Origin: a virus
Lineage: Duplodnaviria > Caudoviricetes
Reading direction: 5' to 3' (one strand)
Length of the DNA stretch: 37,639 nt
Virus record (IMG/VR): IMGVR_UViG_3300049138_000306
Span: 1-37,639 of that record
The position numbers were made by a program, and so were the translations under genes. The notes beneath the pieces were generated by a model. The model was not told where the DNA came from. It made no database searches and saw only the letters and a program-made list of their open reading frames with translations. This document shows positions 8,774 through 17,552 of the stretch, piece after piece (the first letter of the stretch is position 1; each line of letters opens with the position of its first letter).

Positions 8774-9541
8774 ATGAACGAGCAGCAGCAGATCTCCCAG
8801 AGCGCCGCCCGATTTGCCCGCGACACCGCCGACCACGAGGCGACCATCCTCCACGACGACGGCCTGTACCGCCACGTCCGCATCGGCAAGCCGAACTCAG
8901 CGATGCACGGGTTCGAGCTGATCACCGTGCCCGGCGCGCTCGTCTACCGCAGCGCCGACGCCACCTTCACGTTCTCGCGCACCGAGGACATGTTCCGCTT
9001 CTTCCGCTCTGAGGCCGACCGCGTCAACCCGCACTACTGGGCCGAGAAGATCACCGACCACCGCGACCGCGTCCAGGTCTACAACGAGGAGGTCTTCCGC
9101 CGCGTCGTGCTCGAGCAGTTCCACGACCGCCTCGTCGACGGCGAGATCCCCCTCAAGTACGCCGGCGCCGCACTCGACACGCTCGCGCGCGACGTCCTCG
9201 ACGACGACGTCATCGCCGCCGAGCAGGTCGCCCGCCAAGCGCTGGAGGACTACGAGTTCACGATCGCCAAGGACCAGACCGCCCGGTTCGCCGACACCTG
9301 GGAGCTGGACTTCTGGGAATGGGACACCTGGTACCTGTGGGCCTGCCACGCGATCGTCCGCGGCATCGCGCTCTACGACGCCGCCACGGCTTGCCCGGAG
9401 TGCAAGGGCGAGCGCGGCACGCACAACACGACCGTCATCGCCGACACTGACGGCGGGACCGTCCGCAAGTGCTCTCGCGCCCCGAATGCGCCGGCCGAGG
9501 CCGCCACCACCGCGCCGGCCGCCGAGGAGGTGGCGGCGTAG
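8774..9541 (+). CDS. Conserved phage hypothetical protein
   Basis: DDGLYRH...FTFSR..DMF.FFR...NPHYWAEK...WACHAI resembles a widespread phage family of unknown function. Confidence 0.75.
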   Translation: MNEQQQISQSAARFARDTADHEATILHDDGLYRHVRIGKPNSAMHGFELITVPGALVYRSADATFTFSRTEDMFRFFRSEADRVNPHYWAEKITDHRDRVQVYNEEVFRRVVLEQFHDRLVDGEIPLKYAGAALDTLARDVLDDDVIAAEQVARQALEDYEFTIAKDQTARFADTWELDFWEWDTWYLWACHAIVRGIALYDAATACPECKGERGTHNTTVIADTDGGTVRKCSRAPNAPAEAATTAPAAEEVAA

Positions 9542-9543
9542 CC

Positions 9544-9753
9544 ATGACCGACACCTACCAACGCCACATCGATGCCGCGCTGCAGCTCCTACGGGACGCC
9601 GAGCGACTGCCGCGCAGAAAGATTGGGCTGCAACGCGTCCTAGTGGCCTCCGCTCGCGTGCATGCCACGCTCGCGCAGGCGGCCGCCGCCCGCGAGGCCG
9701 GCGACGCGATCGTCGGCGCCCTCGACGAGCTGAGGACGTCCCGCCGTGGCTGA
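9544..9753 (+). CDS. Hypothetical protein
   Basis: GGAGG upstream; fills the operon gap. Confidence 0.6.
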   Translation: MTDTYQRHIDAALQLLRDAERLPRRKIGLQRVLVASARVHATLAQAAAAREAGDAIVGALDELRTSRRG

Positions 9754-10243
9754 CCTTCCGCTGGTGCGCAAGACCGCCTCGCAGATCACTGATGACGAGC
9801 TGTCGTTCCTGTACGACCTCCTGGACGCCCGCTACCCCGTGGCCACGACTGAGGCGCTCGTGGCCACGTTCGACGTGTTCGACGCGCAGGCGAAGCAGCG
9901 GCACCGCAAGGGCGGGGCCGGGCACATGTACATGCCCAAGGAGACGAAAGACGCCGAGGCCGTTATCGCGTGGCTGTTCCGGCGCGAGGCCCGCGCCCAC
10001 CAGGTCGACAAGACCGGCCGGTACGGGCTCCTCGTCGACGCCGCAGGCGCCAACGCCGCGGCCGACGTCGACAACCTCGCGAAGACGGTCATGGACGCCC
10101 TCCAGGGCGCCGCCTACAAGAACGACCGGCAGGTCGACGAGCTGCACGTGCGACGCCTGCCAGGCACCACGCCGCGCACCGAGATCACCGTCTACCGGGT
10201 CGAGGGGCCACTTGACCAAGGGTTCGGCCGTGCTGCGGCCTGA
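9746..10243 (+). CDS. rusA: RusA-family Holliday junction resolvase
   Basis: ADVDNLAKTVMDALQGAAYKNDRQV signature. Confidence 0.88.
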   Translation: MADLPLVRKTASQITDDELSFLYDLLDARYPVATTEALVATFDVFDAQAKQRHRKGGAGHMYMPKETKDAEAVIAWLFRREARAHQVDKTGRYGLLVDAAGANAAADVDNLAKTVMDALQGAAYKNDRQVDELHVRRLPGTTPRTEITVYRVEGPLDQGFGRAAA

Positions 10244-10307
10244 GACGGCCGAGGGCGCGACTGCGTCCTCGGCACCCACATCACACATAGACCAGGGGAG
10301 AAAGACG

Positions 10308-11519
10308 ATGGCGGAGGACTTCAGCACCGCATTGGAGTTCGCGCCCGAGTGGGACGACGAGCCGTTCGCGATGGTGCCCACGGTGTGGGCGCGCATGGGG
10401 TTGCACTGGGATGACATGGGCCTGCTCTTCTGGCTCCGCACCCACCGCAAGGGCTTCCGGTTCACCGAGACGTTCATGATCAACGCGACCCCGGGCGGAC
10501 GCGACAAGGTGCGGTCGATTCTGAGGCGCTTGGAAAAGGCCGGCCTCATCAAGCGGCGCAAGGACCGTGACGGTGCTGGGCGCATTACCGGCACCACCTT
10601 TATCGTCCTGTTTCCGGCAATGGGGACGACCAGTCCAAGGACGGAAAAGCCGTCTGTGGATGCCGACCAGGGGGAACGCAACGATTCCGCAGGTCAGACG
10701 GGCGACGGATTCGCCGCCGACGGGAAACCCGTCAATGGACCTCGACCAGCGGAAATAGACCACAGTACATCTCACCCATCGACGGAAAACCCGTCTGTGG
10801 ACACTGACCAGGACGAACACACAACATCCCCTGGTCAGTCCATTGACGGGTTTTCCAACGACGGCAAACCCAACGACGGCAAATCCGCAACAAAGGAAGA
10901 TCAACTTAAAGAGAAATCACTCCAGAAAGAGAAACCACTACTACCCGCGGCCGATCCGAACTCCCGGGCCGCCGACGGGACCGAGCCTGACGGCTCGGGT
11001 AGTAGTCGATTCTCGACAGAGCACCACGACGAGGCCGTGGCCGTACTCCGCGCAGCCGTGGACCCCGCCGCCGCGAAGCGCCTGACCGCCGCCGAGTCGG
11101 CCCGCCTGGTCGACCAGGTGGCCGGTCTCCTCGCCGCCGGTACGCCCGGCCGTGACCTCCGCACCCAGCTCGCCCCTGTCACCTCGCCGAGCACCACCCA
11201 CCCGGCCGCGCGTCTCTCGAAGCGCCTCGACGAGATCGCCACCGGCGGCACCAATCCACTCGCGGCCCCGGCACGGCCCGCGGCCGCCGGCGTCGACGCG
11301 CACGCTGACGGCACCCGCCGCCTGGCCTACCGCCCCTGCGGCGATCCGTACTGCACCGGCGGCGATGGCGCGGGCAATGGCACAGCGAGGTTCCGGCGCC
11401 GCATCGACCGCGAGACCGGCCGTACTGACCAGCTGTGCGACCGCCTCGTGACCACCAGGGACGGCCAGACCGTCACCTGCCACCCGGACGCCGCCCTCGT
11501 CACGACCGGAGGTGCCTGA
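10308..11519 (+). CDS. Replication initiator (N-terminal winged HTH)
   Basis: GGGGAG RBS; FAMVP...GLLFWL...GRDKVRSILRRLEKAGLIKR; gene carries iteron-like repeats. Confidence 0.78.
   Translation: MAEDFSTALEFAPEWDDEPFAMVPTVWARMGLHWDDMGLLFWLRTHRKGFRFTETFMINATPGGRDKVRSILRRLEKAGLIKRRKDRDGAGRITGTTFIVLFPAMGTTSPRTEKPSVDADQGERNDSAGQTGDGFAADGKPVNGPRPAEIDHSTSHPSTENPSVDTDQDEHTTSPGQSIDGFSNDGKPNDGKSATKEDQLKEKSLQKEKPLLPAADPNSRAADGTEPDGSGSSRFSTEHHDEAVAVLRAAVDPAAAKRLTAAESARLVDQVAGLLAAGTPGRDLRTQLAPVTSPSTTHPAARLSKRLDEIATGGTNPLAAPARPAAAGVDAHADGTRRLAYRPCGDPYCTGGDGAGNGTARFRRRIDRETGRTDQLCDRLVTTRDGQTVTCHPDAALVTTGGA
10640..10935. repeat. Iterons plus A-rich tract (putative phage ori)
   Basis: Seven 15-bp GACGG-N5-CCGTC-like units at 10640, 10704, 10719, 10781, 10845, 10860 and 10875, followed by an A-rich run. 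Confidence 0.8.
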
Positions 11520-11692
11520 TGGCTCCCAAGGCCGAAGTGGCCGCCGAAGGCGTCGAGCCGCAAGACCTGTCGACGTCACCCACGGACCAGCCAGCGCACA
11601 AATGGTGGGTCGTCACCCGCCGCGGCGAGCACGGGCGTGACTGCGGCGCGTGCCGCCGAGCGCCAGGCGGACCCGACGCGAGGAGGTCCTGA
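11519..11692 (+). CDS. Small hypothetical protein
   Basis: GGAGG RBS; TGATG coupling at both ends. Confidence 0.6.
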   Translation: MAPKAEVAAEGVEPQDLSTSPTDQPAHKWWVVTRRGEHGRDCGACRRAPGGPDARRS

Positions 11693-12096
11693 TGCGCGAC
11701 AGCGACATTGCCGACCTCCTCGCCTACGCGGTCGAACTTGACCCGACGCTCGACGCCGACGAGTACGCCGTCGAACTCTGGACCGACCTCCTCCGCGGCA
11801 TCGCAACCGACCTTGACACCGCCCGCACAGCCCTCCACGACCTCGCCCGGCACAACGACCGCATCACGCTCCCCGAGGTCCGCGAAATGCTCCTCCCGCT
11901 CGACCCACGCGCCGCGCGCCGATGGGGCACCGCAATCGTCGCCCCGAACCCGCACGAGACGCCCTACCAACGCGAACAGCGCCGCCGCCGCGGCCTGGAA
12001 AAAGCCCGGGTGGCGCTGGCACAGCGCCCGCTGCCACTCGCGCCCGATCATGCCGACGGCCCAGCCGAGCCCCATCGAAAGGAGCCCAGGCAGTGA
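11692..12096 (+). CDS. Hypothetical protein, possible helicase loader/inhibitor
   Basis: AGGAGG RBS; position after the initiator; weak W..LL...D...A..A pattern. Confidence 0.55.
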   Translation: MRDSDIADLLAYAVELDPTLDADEYAVELWTDLLRGIATDLDTARTALHDLARHNDRITLPEVREMLLPLDPRAARRWGTAIVAPNPHETPYQREQRRRRGLEKARVALAQRPLPLAPDHADGPAEPHRKEPRQ

Positions 12097-12437
12097 GCAT
12101 CTACGGCCTACCCGCACACGTCATCCACGACCTCGACCAGCAGCACGCGGCCGCTGACGGCCGCCTCAACGACCTGCTCGTCGCCCTCGCCGCCGACGGC
12201 ATCGCCGACTTGGCCGCGCCCGAGCGCGCGATCGGCGTCGGCCTCGAGCTGGCCAACCTAGACGGACCCGGCCTCCTGGAAATCGCCGCGGCCGCCGTCG
12301 CACGCCTCCTCGAGGAGATCGCCGGTCGCTGCCGCCGCTGCGCTGGCGACGGAACCGTCTACGTCACCATCTACGGCGGCCACACCGTCGACTGCGGCAT
12401 GTGCCGCGGCACCGGCAAAAATGGAACCGAGCAGTGA
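12093..12437 (+). CDS. Protein with C-terminal DnaJ-type zinc finger
   Basis: AAGGAG RBS; CRRCAGDG...CGMCRGTG. Confidence 0.7.
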   Translation: MSIYGLPAHVIHDLDQQHAAADGRLNDLLVALAADGIADLAAPERAIGVGLELANLDGPGLLEIAAAAVARLLEEIAGRCRRCAGDGTVYVTIYGGHTVDCGMCRGTGKNGTEQ

Positions 12438-12835
12438 ACGGCCGCAATGCCGCCGTCGCCCGCGGCATCACGGGCCCGATCCTCGACAAGGAGTGGGCCA
12501 CGGACATGCCCTGGTCCCTCAACCCGCTCTGTCCATGCCAGTACGGCATCTGCGGCGCTTGCGACGGCACGTCGGACAACGGCCAGCCACGGCACGATCG
12601 GTGTGCGACCCGCCAGCACCTGCGCCACCTCGGGCACCCCGCCATCATCCACAGCGCAGTCACCTACAAGGGCTCTGCCAAGGCACTCTTGCTGACCGGG
12701 TGCCGCTATCTCTGCCCGTGCGACTGCTGGAACAACCTCGCGCTGGCCGCCCCGCCACCGCGGCGCAACGCCGCCGCCCCGACCCCTGATCCCGAACACA
12801 GCGTCGCGGGCATGGATACCCTTTTCGACCTATAA
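12434..12835 (+). CDS. Cys-rich hypothetical protein
   Basis: GTGA overlap; CPCQYGICGAC...CRYLCPCDC. Confidence 0.65.
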   Translation: MNGRNAAVARGITGPILDKEWATDMPWSLNPLCPCQYGICGACDGTSDNGQPRHDRCATRQHLRHLGHPAIIHSAVTYKGSAKALLLTGCRYLCPCDCWNNLALAAPPPRRNAAAPTPDPEHSVAGMDTLFDL

Positions 12836-12848
12836 GGAGCGAAACCAC

Positions 12849-13376
12849 ATGTACTACATCGAGACCGATCACGAGAACCCCGCCGTCCAGGCCCTCATCA
12901 ACACCGCCGCCGCGGTCGATGACAAGCTCCCGGCGGCCTGGTCGCGCATCGCCGGATACCTCTCGGCATACAAGGAAGAGACCGGCGTCCTCGGCCGCCG
13001 CAAACTCGACGGTGACGGCAACACAGCCGAACTCCGCATCGAAGACCTCCACATCCTGATCGGCGCCCTCGAAACCATGCTCGAGGCCCACACCGGCCCC
13101 GAAGAGCCCGCGCCGGCGGAATTCGAGACGGTCGAGTTCGAGGAGTACGGCGTCGGCCTGGCCGACATCGCCGCCAAGCTCGACCAGATCCTCGAACACG
13201 TCTCGCCCCTGCCCACCGCGATCAAGTACGACCTCAAGTCGAGGCCGGCTACGGGCCCCCTCGCTGACGGCGGTGTGGTGATCAACATCCAGCCGGACCC
13301 CAGCGGTGGTTCCGGCAACGACGCCTTCCCGGCCGGATACGCCGCCGGCGTCCGCGCTGGCCGCCAGAGAAGGTGA
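12849..13376 (+). CDS. Hypothetical protein
   Basis: TAAGGAG RBS; codon bias. Confidence 0.7.
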   Translation: MYYIETDHENPAVQALINTAAAVDDKLPAAWSRIAGYLSAYKEETGVLGRRKLDGDGNTAELRIEDLHILIGALETMLEAHTGPEEPAPAEFETVEFEEYGVGLADIAAKLDQILEHVSPLPTAIKYDLKSRPATGPLADGGVVINIQPDPSGGSGNDAFPAGYAAGVRAGRQRR

Positions 13377-13380
13377 CGAC

Positions 13381-13593
13381 GTGCCGAGATGCGACATGGA
13401 GGATTGCCCGATGTGGGACGGCGACGGCTGCCCCTGCAACACCTTCAGCCTCGACCGCGACGACCTGCCAGCCAGCGGCGTGTTCGCCGTCGAAGCACCT
13501 GCCGTGATCCGATGCGTTGAAGCGAACGGCCGCCTGATCATGCCGAAGTGCGCGGACTGCTCACCGAACCCCGACTGTGGAGGTCACCGATGA
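13381..13593 (+). CDS. Small Cys-rich protein
   Basis: AAGGTGA RBS then GTG; multiple Cys. Confidence 0.55.
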   Translation: MPRCDMEDCPMWDGDGCPCNTFSLDRDDLPASGVFAVEAPAVIRCVEANGRLIMPKCADCSPNPDCGGHR

Positions 13594-13853
13594 ACGTCGA
13601 GATCCCGCCGCGCGGCACCAAGGAATACGAGTGGTGGCACCAGGGGGCGACCGCCGAGGCCGAGGCGCGCAAGGGGACCCCACGCAGCGACGAGGGTTGG
13701 AAGGTCCTCGAATACGTCGATGCGCTCACCGAGCACCACCACGAGCGAACCGGTGTGGACATCGGCGTGTCGCTGGTCAGCGTGTTCAGTGCCCCACACA
13801 CCCTCCGCGCCCGCATCAAGCTCACCCGACGAATCTGGAGGACCCTGCGATGA
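13590..13853 (+). CDS. Hypothetical protein
   Basis: GGAGG RBS; ATGA overlap. Confidence 0.65.
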   Translation: MNVEIPPRGTKEYEWWHQGATAEAEARKGTPRSDEGWKVLEYVDALTEHHHERTGVDIGVSLVSVFSAPHTLRARIKLTRRIWRTLR

Positions 13854-14239
13854 CCGCGAACCGGACCACGAAGGCTGAGCGCCGCGCCGCGAAGGAAGTC
13901 CTCGCCGCGTGGCGCAAGGCCGCCCGCAGGATCGATAGGGTCTACGGCCTCCACAACTTCATGCACAGGCTCCGGCAACGAGGCGTGGCCGAACAGGCCC
14001 GCCGCATGCGCCAGCACCCGCCGGCTGTGCGGCACTGGTGGTTCCGCGGAACCGTCGCACCAGACTCCGACGGCACCGGGTTCGTGATGACCGCAGACCC
14101 CAAGGGCGACCGCATCCTGAACGTCACCACGGGCACCACGACGGCCGCACCGCCGCCACCGAAGCCGACATGGTCGGCCGAATTCACGCTCAAATTCGAC
14201 GACGTCGACCAGGACGCACTCGGCCTGCTGCTCCCATAG
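13850..14239 (+). CDS. Basic hypothetical protein
   Basis: GGAGG RBS; ATGA overlap. Confidence 0.65.
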   Translation: MTANRTTKAERRAAKEVLAAWRKAARRIDRVYGLHNFMHRLRQRGVAEQARRMRQHPPAVRHWWFRGTVAPDSDGTGFVMTADPKGDRILNVTTGTTTAAPPPPKPTWSAEFTLKFDDVDQDALGLLLP

Positions 14240-14307
14240 CAACCCGGGCGGCGCGGGCCCGGCACCCGCGCCGCAACCACAACACCTGTAACACCTTGGA
14301 GGACAAC

Positions 14308-15222
14308 GTGAACGAATGCGTGACCGGCTGCGGCCGACCCGTCGGCGATACCGGCTACCTCTGCCACACCGACAACAACAACTGCACGGCCCTCATGGGC
14401 GGGCACCTGGAGTTTCTGGAGCGCGCCGCCGCGGACCTTGACGTCACCATCACCCGCCGCGACAACCTCGCCCCCCGCAGCGGCGCCGGCAAGTCCGCCG
14501 AGCACCCGCTCCCGTTCAACGACGCCGCCGCCGACCACGCTGGCGAGATCAACACCGCCCTCGCCGGCCTCGCCCGCCGCATCGCCACGACACGAGGCCT
14601 CCTCAACCGGCACACCGACCCCGCCATCGTCTACCTGATCGCCGCCCGACCCGGCACCTCCACCGAGACCGCCGCCGCCGCCCGCTACATCCGCTCGCAC
14701 CTGCGCTGGATCCGCGCCCAAGGCCACCTCGTCGACGGCGAGCCCTTCGCCGCCCACGCCTACCGGACCGTCCACGCCGCCGCGCGGCTCCTCGCCCGCA
14801 CCATCGGCCCCCACCCCGACATGACCGACTACGGCCTATGCGGCGCCGAGGCCTGCGACGGCAAGCTCATCGCGCCCGCCGGCGCTCGCGACGTCCGATG
14901 CAACGATTGCGGCGCCGTCTACTCCACGGCCGCGATCCGCGACATGCAAATGGAATGGGTCGGCGACCGGCTATTCACCGTCGCCGAACTCGCTGCCCTG
15001 TTCTCGCGCCGCCACCGCCGCCGCGTTCCCGAAGGCACCATCGGCGCATGGGCGACCCGCGGCGACATCGCGGCCCACGGCACGAACCCCGCCGGCACGG
15101 CCCTCTACCGCCTCGACGAGGCCAAGGCCCGATGCGACCAGTACATCCACGACGCCGACGCGAAGAAGGCCGCCATCGCCGCCAAGCGCGCCGCCACCCG
15201 GAAGGAAACCCAGCCCGCATGA
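14308..15222 (+). CDS. Zn-ribbon/HTH protein, putative late transcription regulator
   Basis: GGAGG then GTG; CVTGC..LC, CGAEAC..CNDCG, C-terminal MerR-like HTH (TVAELA...EGTIGAWATRG...ALYRL); located at the end of the early region. Confidence 0.65.
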   Translation: MNECVTGCGRPVGDTGYLCHTDNNNCTALMGGHLEFLERAAADLDVTITRRDNLAPRSGAGKSAEHPLPFNDAAADHAGEINTALAGLARRIATTRGLLNRHTDPAIVYLIAARPGTSTETAAAARYIRSHLRWIRAQGHLVDGEPFAAHAYRTVHAAARLLARTIGPHPDMTDYGLCGAEACDGKLIAPAGARDVRCNDCGAVYSTAAIRDMQMEWVGDRLFTVAELAALFSRRHRRRVPEGTIGAWATRGDIAAHGTNPAGTALYRLDEAKARCDQYIHDADAKKAAIAAKRAATRKETQPA

Positions 15223-15494
15223 ATGCCGTGAACACCGCCCTGCGCAACGCGGCTCGGGAGCTCCTGGAGCAATCCCGCAGCATCCCTGCTCCATGCGGCT
15301 GCGCGCCGCAAGTCCGCTGCGACAAGCACTGTCGAGTCAAGATCCAGCGTGCCCACGACGACGGGGGTCACCCCGGGTGGGTTGCCCGGTGTAACGGGCG
15401 CAGCAACGGCATGCTCTGCACCACCGGGTCGATTAGCCTCCCGTCGCTGCACGACTGGGCGACCAACCACATCATCAACCATCGGAAGTCGTGA
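15219..15494 (+). CDS. Small Cys/His-rich protein
   Basis: ATGA overlap; CGC..CDKHC..C..C. Confidence 0.55.
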   Translation: MNAVNTALRNAARELLEQSRSIPAPCGCAPQVRCDKHCRVKIQRAHDDGGHPGWVARCNGRSNGMLCTTGSISLPSLHDWATNHIINHRKS

Positions 15495-15505
15495 CGGGCA
15501 ACGCA

Positions 15506-15534
15506 TTGACTTCAAAGCGTCCCCATGTCAGTAT
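15506..15534 (+). promoter_or_regulatory. Putative promoter for the methyltransferase leader
   Basis: TTGACT-N17-CAGTAT. Confidence 0.5.
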
Positions 15535-15706
15535 CGTCCGAAGTGCTCCGCTCCTTGCCGAACGGCTAGGCGCACCACGTGAGAACATCCCCCGGCATCC
15601 CCCGCCGTAGACGCTCGGCTGCCGTCGCCGACGACTCCTCGGGGGAGGGTTCACATCGCACCGGCAGCCGAGCACACCTTCCCCCGACGAACACCCGGGG
15701 GACCTC

Positions 15707-16420
15707 ATTCCTTCCTGCAGCATCCGCCAGGGCGACGCGCTCACCATCCTCGCCACCATCCCGACCGGCACCGTCGACGCCGTCATCTGCGACCCGCCTT
15801 ATAACTCCGCGCCCGCCGGCGGTTTCAAGCAGTCCGCCCGCGACAAGTACGTCTCAGGCGACGCCCAGCACGACCTCGCCGACTTCGCTGGCGACCAACG
15901 GGACCAGCGCGGCTTCACCGCGTGGCTGTCCATGGTCTACGCCGACTGCCTCCGCGCCGCTCGTCCCGGGGCGAGCCTCCTCGCGTTCACCGACTGGCGG
16001 CAGCTCCCCGTCGCGACCGACGCCGTCCAGGCTGGCGGCTGGATCTGGCGTGGCATCATCCCGTGGCACAAGCCCGTCAACCGCCCCAAGCGCGACGGAT
16101 TCCGGGCCGCTTGCGAGTACATTCTGTGGGCCACTCACGGTGAGCCCTATCGGCACTCGCCCTCGATCTACCTGCCCGGCCTCCTCGACGGCTCCCAGCC
16201 CCGAGGTCCCAAGCGCCGCCACATCACCGAGAAGCCCGTCGACGTCATGGCCGAGCTCGTCCAGATCGCCCCCGAAGGCGGCACCGTGCTCGATCCGTTC
16301 TGCGGTTCCGGCACCACCGGCGAAGCCGCGCTGGCCGCTGGCCGGCGCTTCATCGGGATCGAGATCAGCCCCCACTACGCCGAGGTCGCGCGCGATCGCC
16401 TCGCCGAGCACACCACCTGA
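15707..16420 (+). CDS. Beta-class N6-adenine/N4-cytosine DNA methyltransferase (non-canonical ATT start)
   Basis: GDAL..L...VDAVICDPPY, HITEKP and VLDPFCGSGTT motifs. The frame is open from the TAG at 15608-15610 but has no ATG/GTG/TTG before the DPPY motif. Confidence 0.85.
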   Translation: MPSCSIRQGDALTILATIPTGTVDAVICDPPYNSAPAGGFKQSARDKYVSGDAQHDLADFAGDQRDQRGFTAWLSMVYADCLRAARPGASLLAFTDWRQLPVATDAVQAGGWIWRGIIPWHKPVNRPKRDGFRAACEYILWATHGEPYRHSPSIYLPGLLDGSQPRGPKRRHITEKPVDVMAELVQIAPEGGTVLDPFCGSGTTGEAALAAGRRFIGIEISPHYAEVARDRLAEHTT

Positions 16421-16441
16421 GGGCAACGACAAGCGCTCCAC

Positions 16442-16473
16442 GCGGGCCCCGGGGTACCTCGACCCGGGCCCGC
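16442..16473 (+). terminator. GC hairpin after the methyltransferase
   Basis: GCGGGCCC...GGGCCCGC. Confidence 0.4.
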
Positions 16474-16547
16474 ACCGTATCCGGGGCACTCCGGATAGTG
16501 AGCAGTCGATATCGTGGGCGGGTACCTCTCCCGAATGGAGCACCCCC

Positions 16548-16898
16548 GTGACCAAGACCAAGAAGATCGCCATCATCCTGTGGTCGGTAATCGCCGGCCT
16601 CGTCCTGATCGGAAGCCTCGCCATCGCACTCGCACCCGACGAACCCGCATCGGACACCAACACCACCGCCTCCGATGCACCCGATGAACTGGTCACCGCG
16701 GTCACCGCCATCGCCCCCGAGACCAACCTCGACAAGATCCTCAGCAACTCAGAGAACGTCTGCCTGGACATCGAACAGGGCAAGGACGACGCGACCCTCG
16801 CCCGCAATGCGGCGCTCCGGTTCGAGGTCGACGAAGCCGAAGGGCCCGCACTGGTCGACGCCATCCGCCCCCATTGCGACACAATCCGCGGCGAGTAA
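16548..16898 (+). CDS. Membrane-anchored extracytoplasmic protein (DUF732-like)
   Basis: GGAG RBS; KTKK plus TM, P/T/D linker, small helical domain with a Cys pair (NVCLDI...PHC). Confidence 0.7.
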   Translation: MTKTKKIAIILWSVIAGLVLIGSLAIALAPDEPASDTNTTASDAPDELVTAVTAIAPETNLDKILSNSENVCLDIEQGKDDATLARNAALRFEVDEAEGPALVDAIRPHCDTIRGE

Positions 16899-16903
16899 CC
16901 GAG

Positions 16904-17069
16904 GGCCAGCGCGACCGGCACGCGCTGGCCTAGATCACAATCGCGACCGTCCTACTTGACAACTACCTGACCAGCATGCAAGCATTCGCTTCATAGGCTC
17001 GCGACTTCTGTATCGCGGGCCTCTTGTGTATCCCGAGAACGCGGCCAGCGCGACACGCACGCGCTGGCC
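16904..17069 (+). promoter_or_regulatory. Putative late promoter flanked by twin hairpins
   Basis: TTGACA at 16956-16961; near-identical 27-nt hairpins at 16904-16930 and 17043-17069. Confidence 0.55.
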
Positions 17070-17089
17070 CTCGTCGTGTCTGGGGGTGG

Positions 17090-17374
17090 TTGGCCATACC
17101 CACCACGGCAGGCCGCTCGTCGCGCCGGTTCCGGGCGCTGTCGGCCGAGCTGAAGCGCCAGCGTCGCCCGTGCTGTATCTGCCGCCAGCCCATCGACTAC
17201 GGCCTGGCGCACCCCGACCCGGGTTCGTTCTCAGTCCAGCACATCAAGTCGTGGAAAGACTTCCCCGAACTACGAGAGGACCCCTCCAACCTGGACGCCG
17301 CGCACCTTGGGTGCAACGCGACAGGCCAGGCGGGCACCGGCTCGGGACTCGGCACACCATCACGTCGCTGGTGA
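17090..17374 (+). CDS. Packaging-associated HNH endonuclease
   Basis: CCICRQPID...SVQHI...NLDAAHLGCN directly upstream of terminase; start at TTG 17090 is uncertain. Confidence 0.85.
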   Translation: MAIPTTAGRSSRRFRALSAELKRQRRPCCICRQPIDYGLAHPDPGSFSVQHIKSWKDFPELREDPSNLDAAHLGCNATGQAGTGSGLGTPSRRW

Positions 17375-17552
17375 GGGCATGCCCTGGCCGCCGCGCAACC
17401 CACCTTCAAAGGCTCACGACGTGCTCTGACATTTAGTCGGGGTAGGGGCGTCGGAATCTTTCCGGGTGGGGACCGTGTCAATCGCGCCTGGGGATGGGCC
17501 ATCTCTCCCCGGGCCCCCCGGGGGGGTCTTCGGGCCGGACCGGAGGTGCCTG

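Noticed and set aside
9486-10307. N-terminal 274 aa of track ORF 9486..11519
   Set aside because: Overlaps rusA in another frame and is R/P/S-rich shadow sequence. The real start is 10308 with an RBS.
8897-10681. 594-aa minus-strand ORF
   Set aside because: Antisense shadow of real plus-strand genes in high-GC DNA; no motifs.
10640-10890. CRISPR or mini-array
   Set aside because: The repeats are 15 bp, degenerate, partly contiguous and inside a CDS; no cas genes are present.
15579-16547. Methyltransferase-membrane protein fusion (ORF 15579..16898)
   Set aside because: The methyltransferase motifs are in a different frame; only 16548-16898 of this ORF looks coding.
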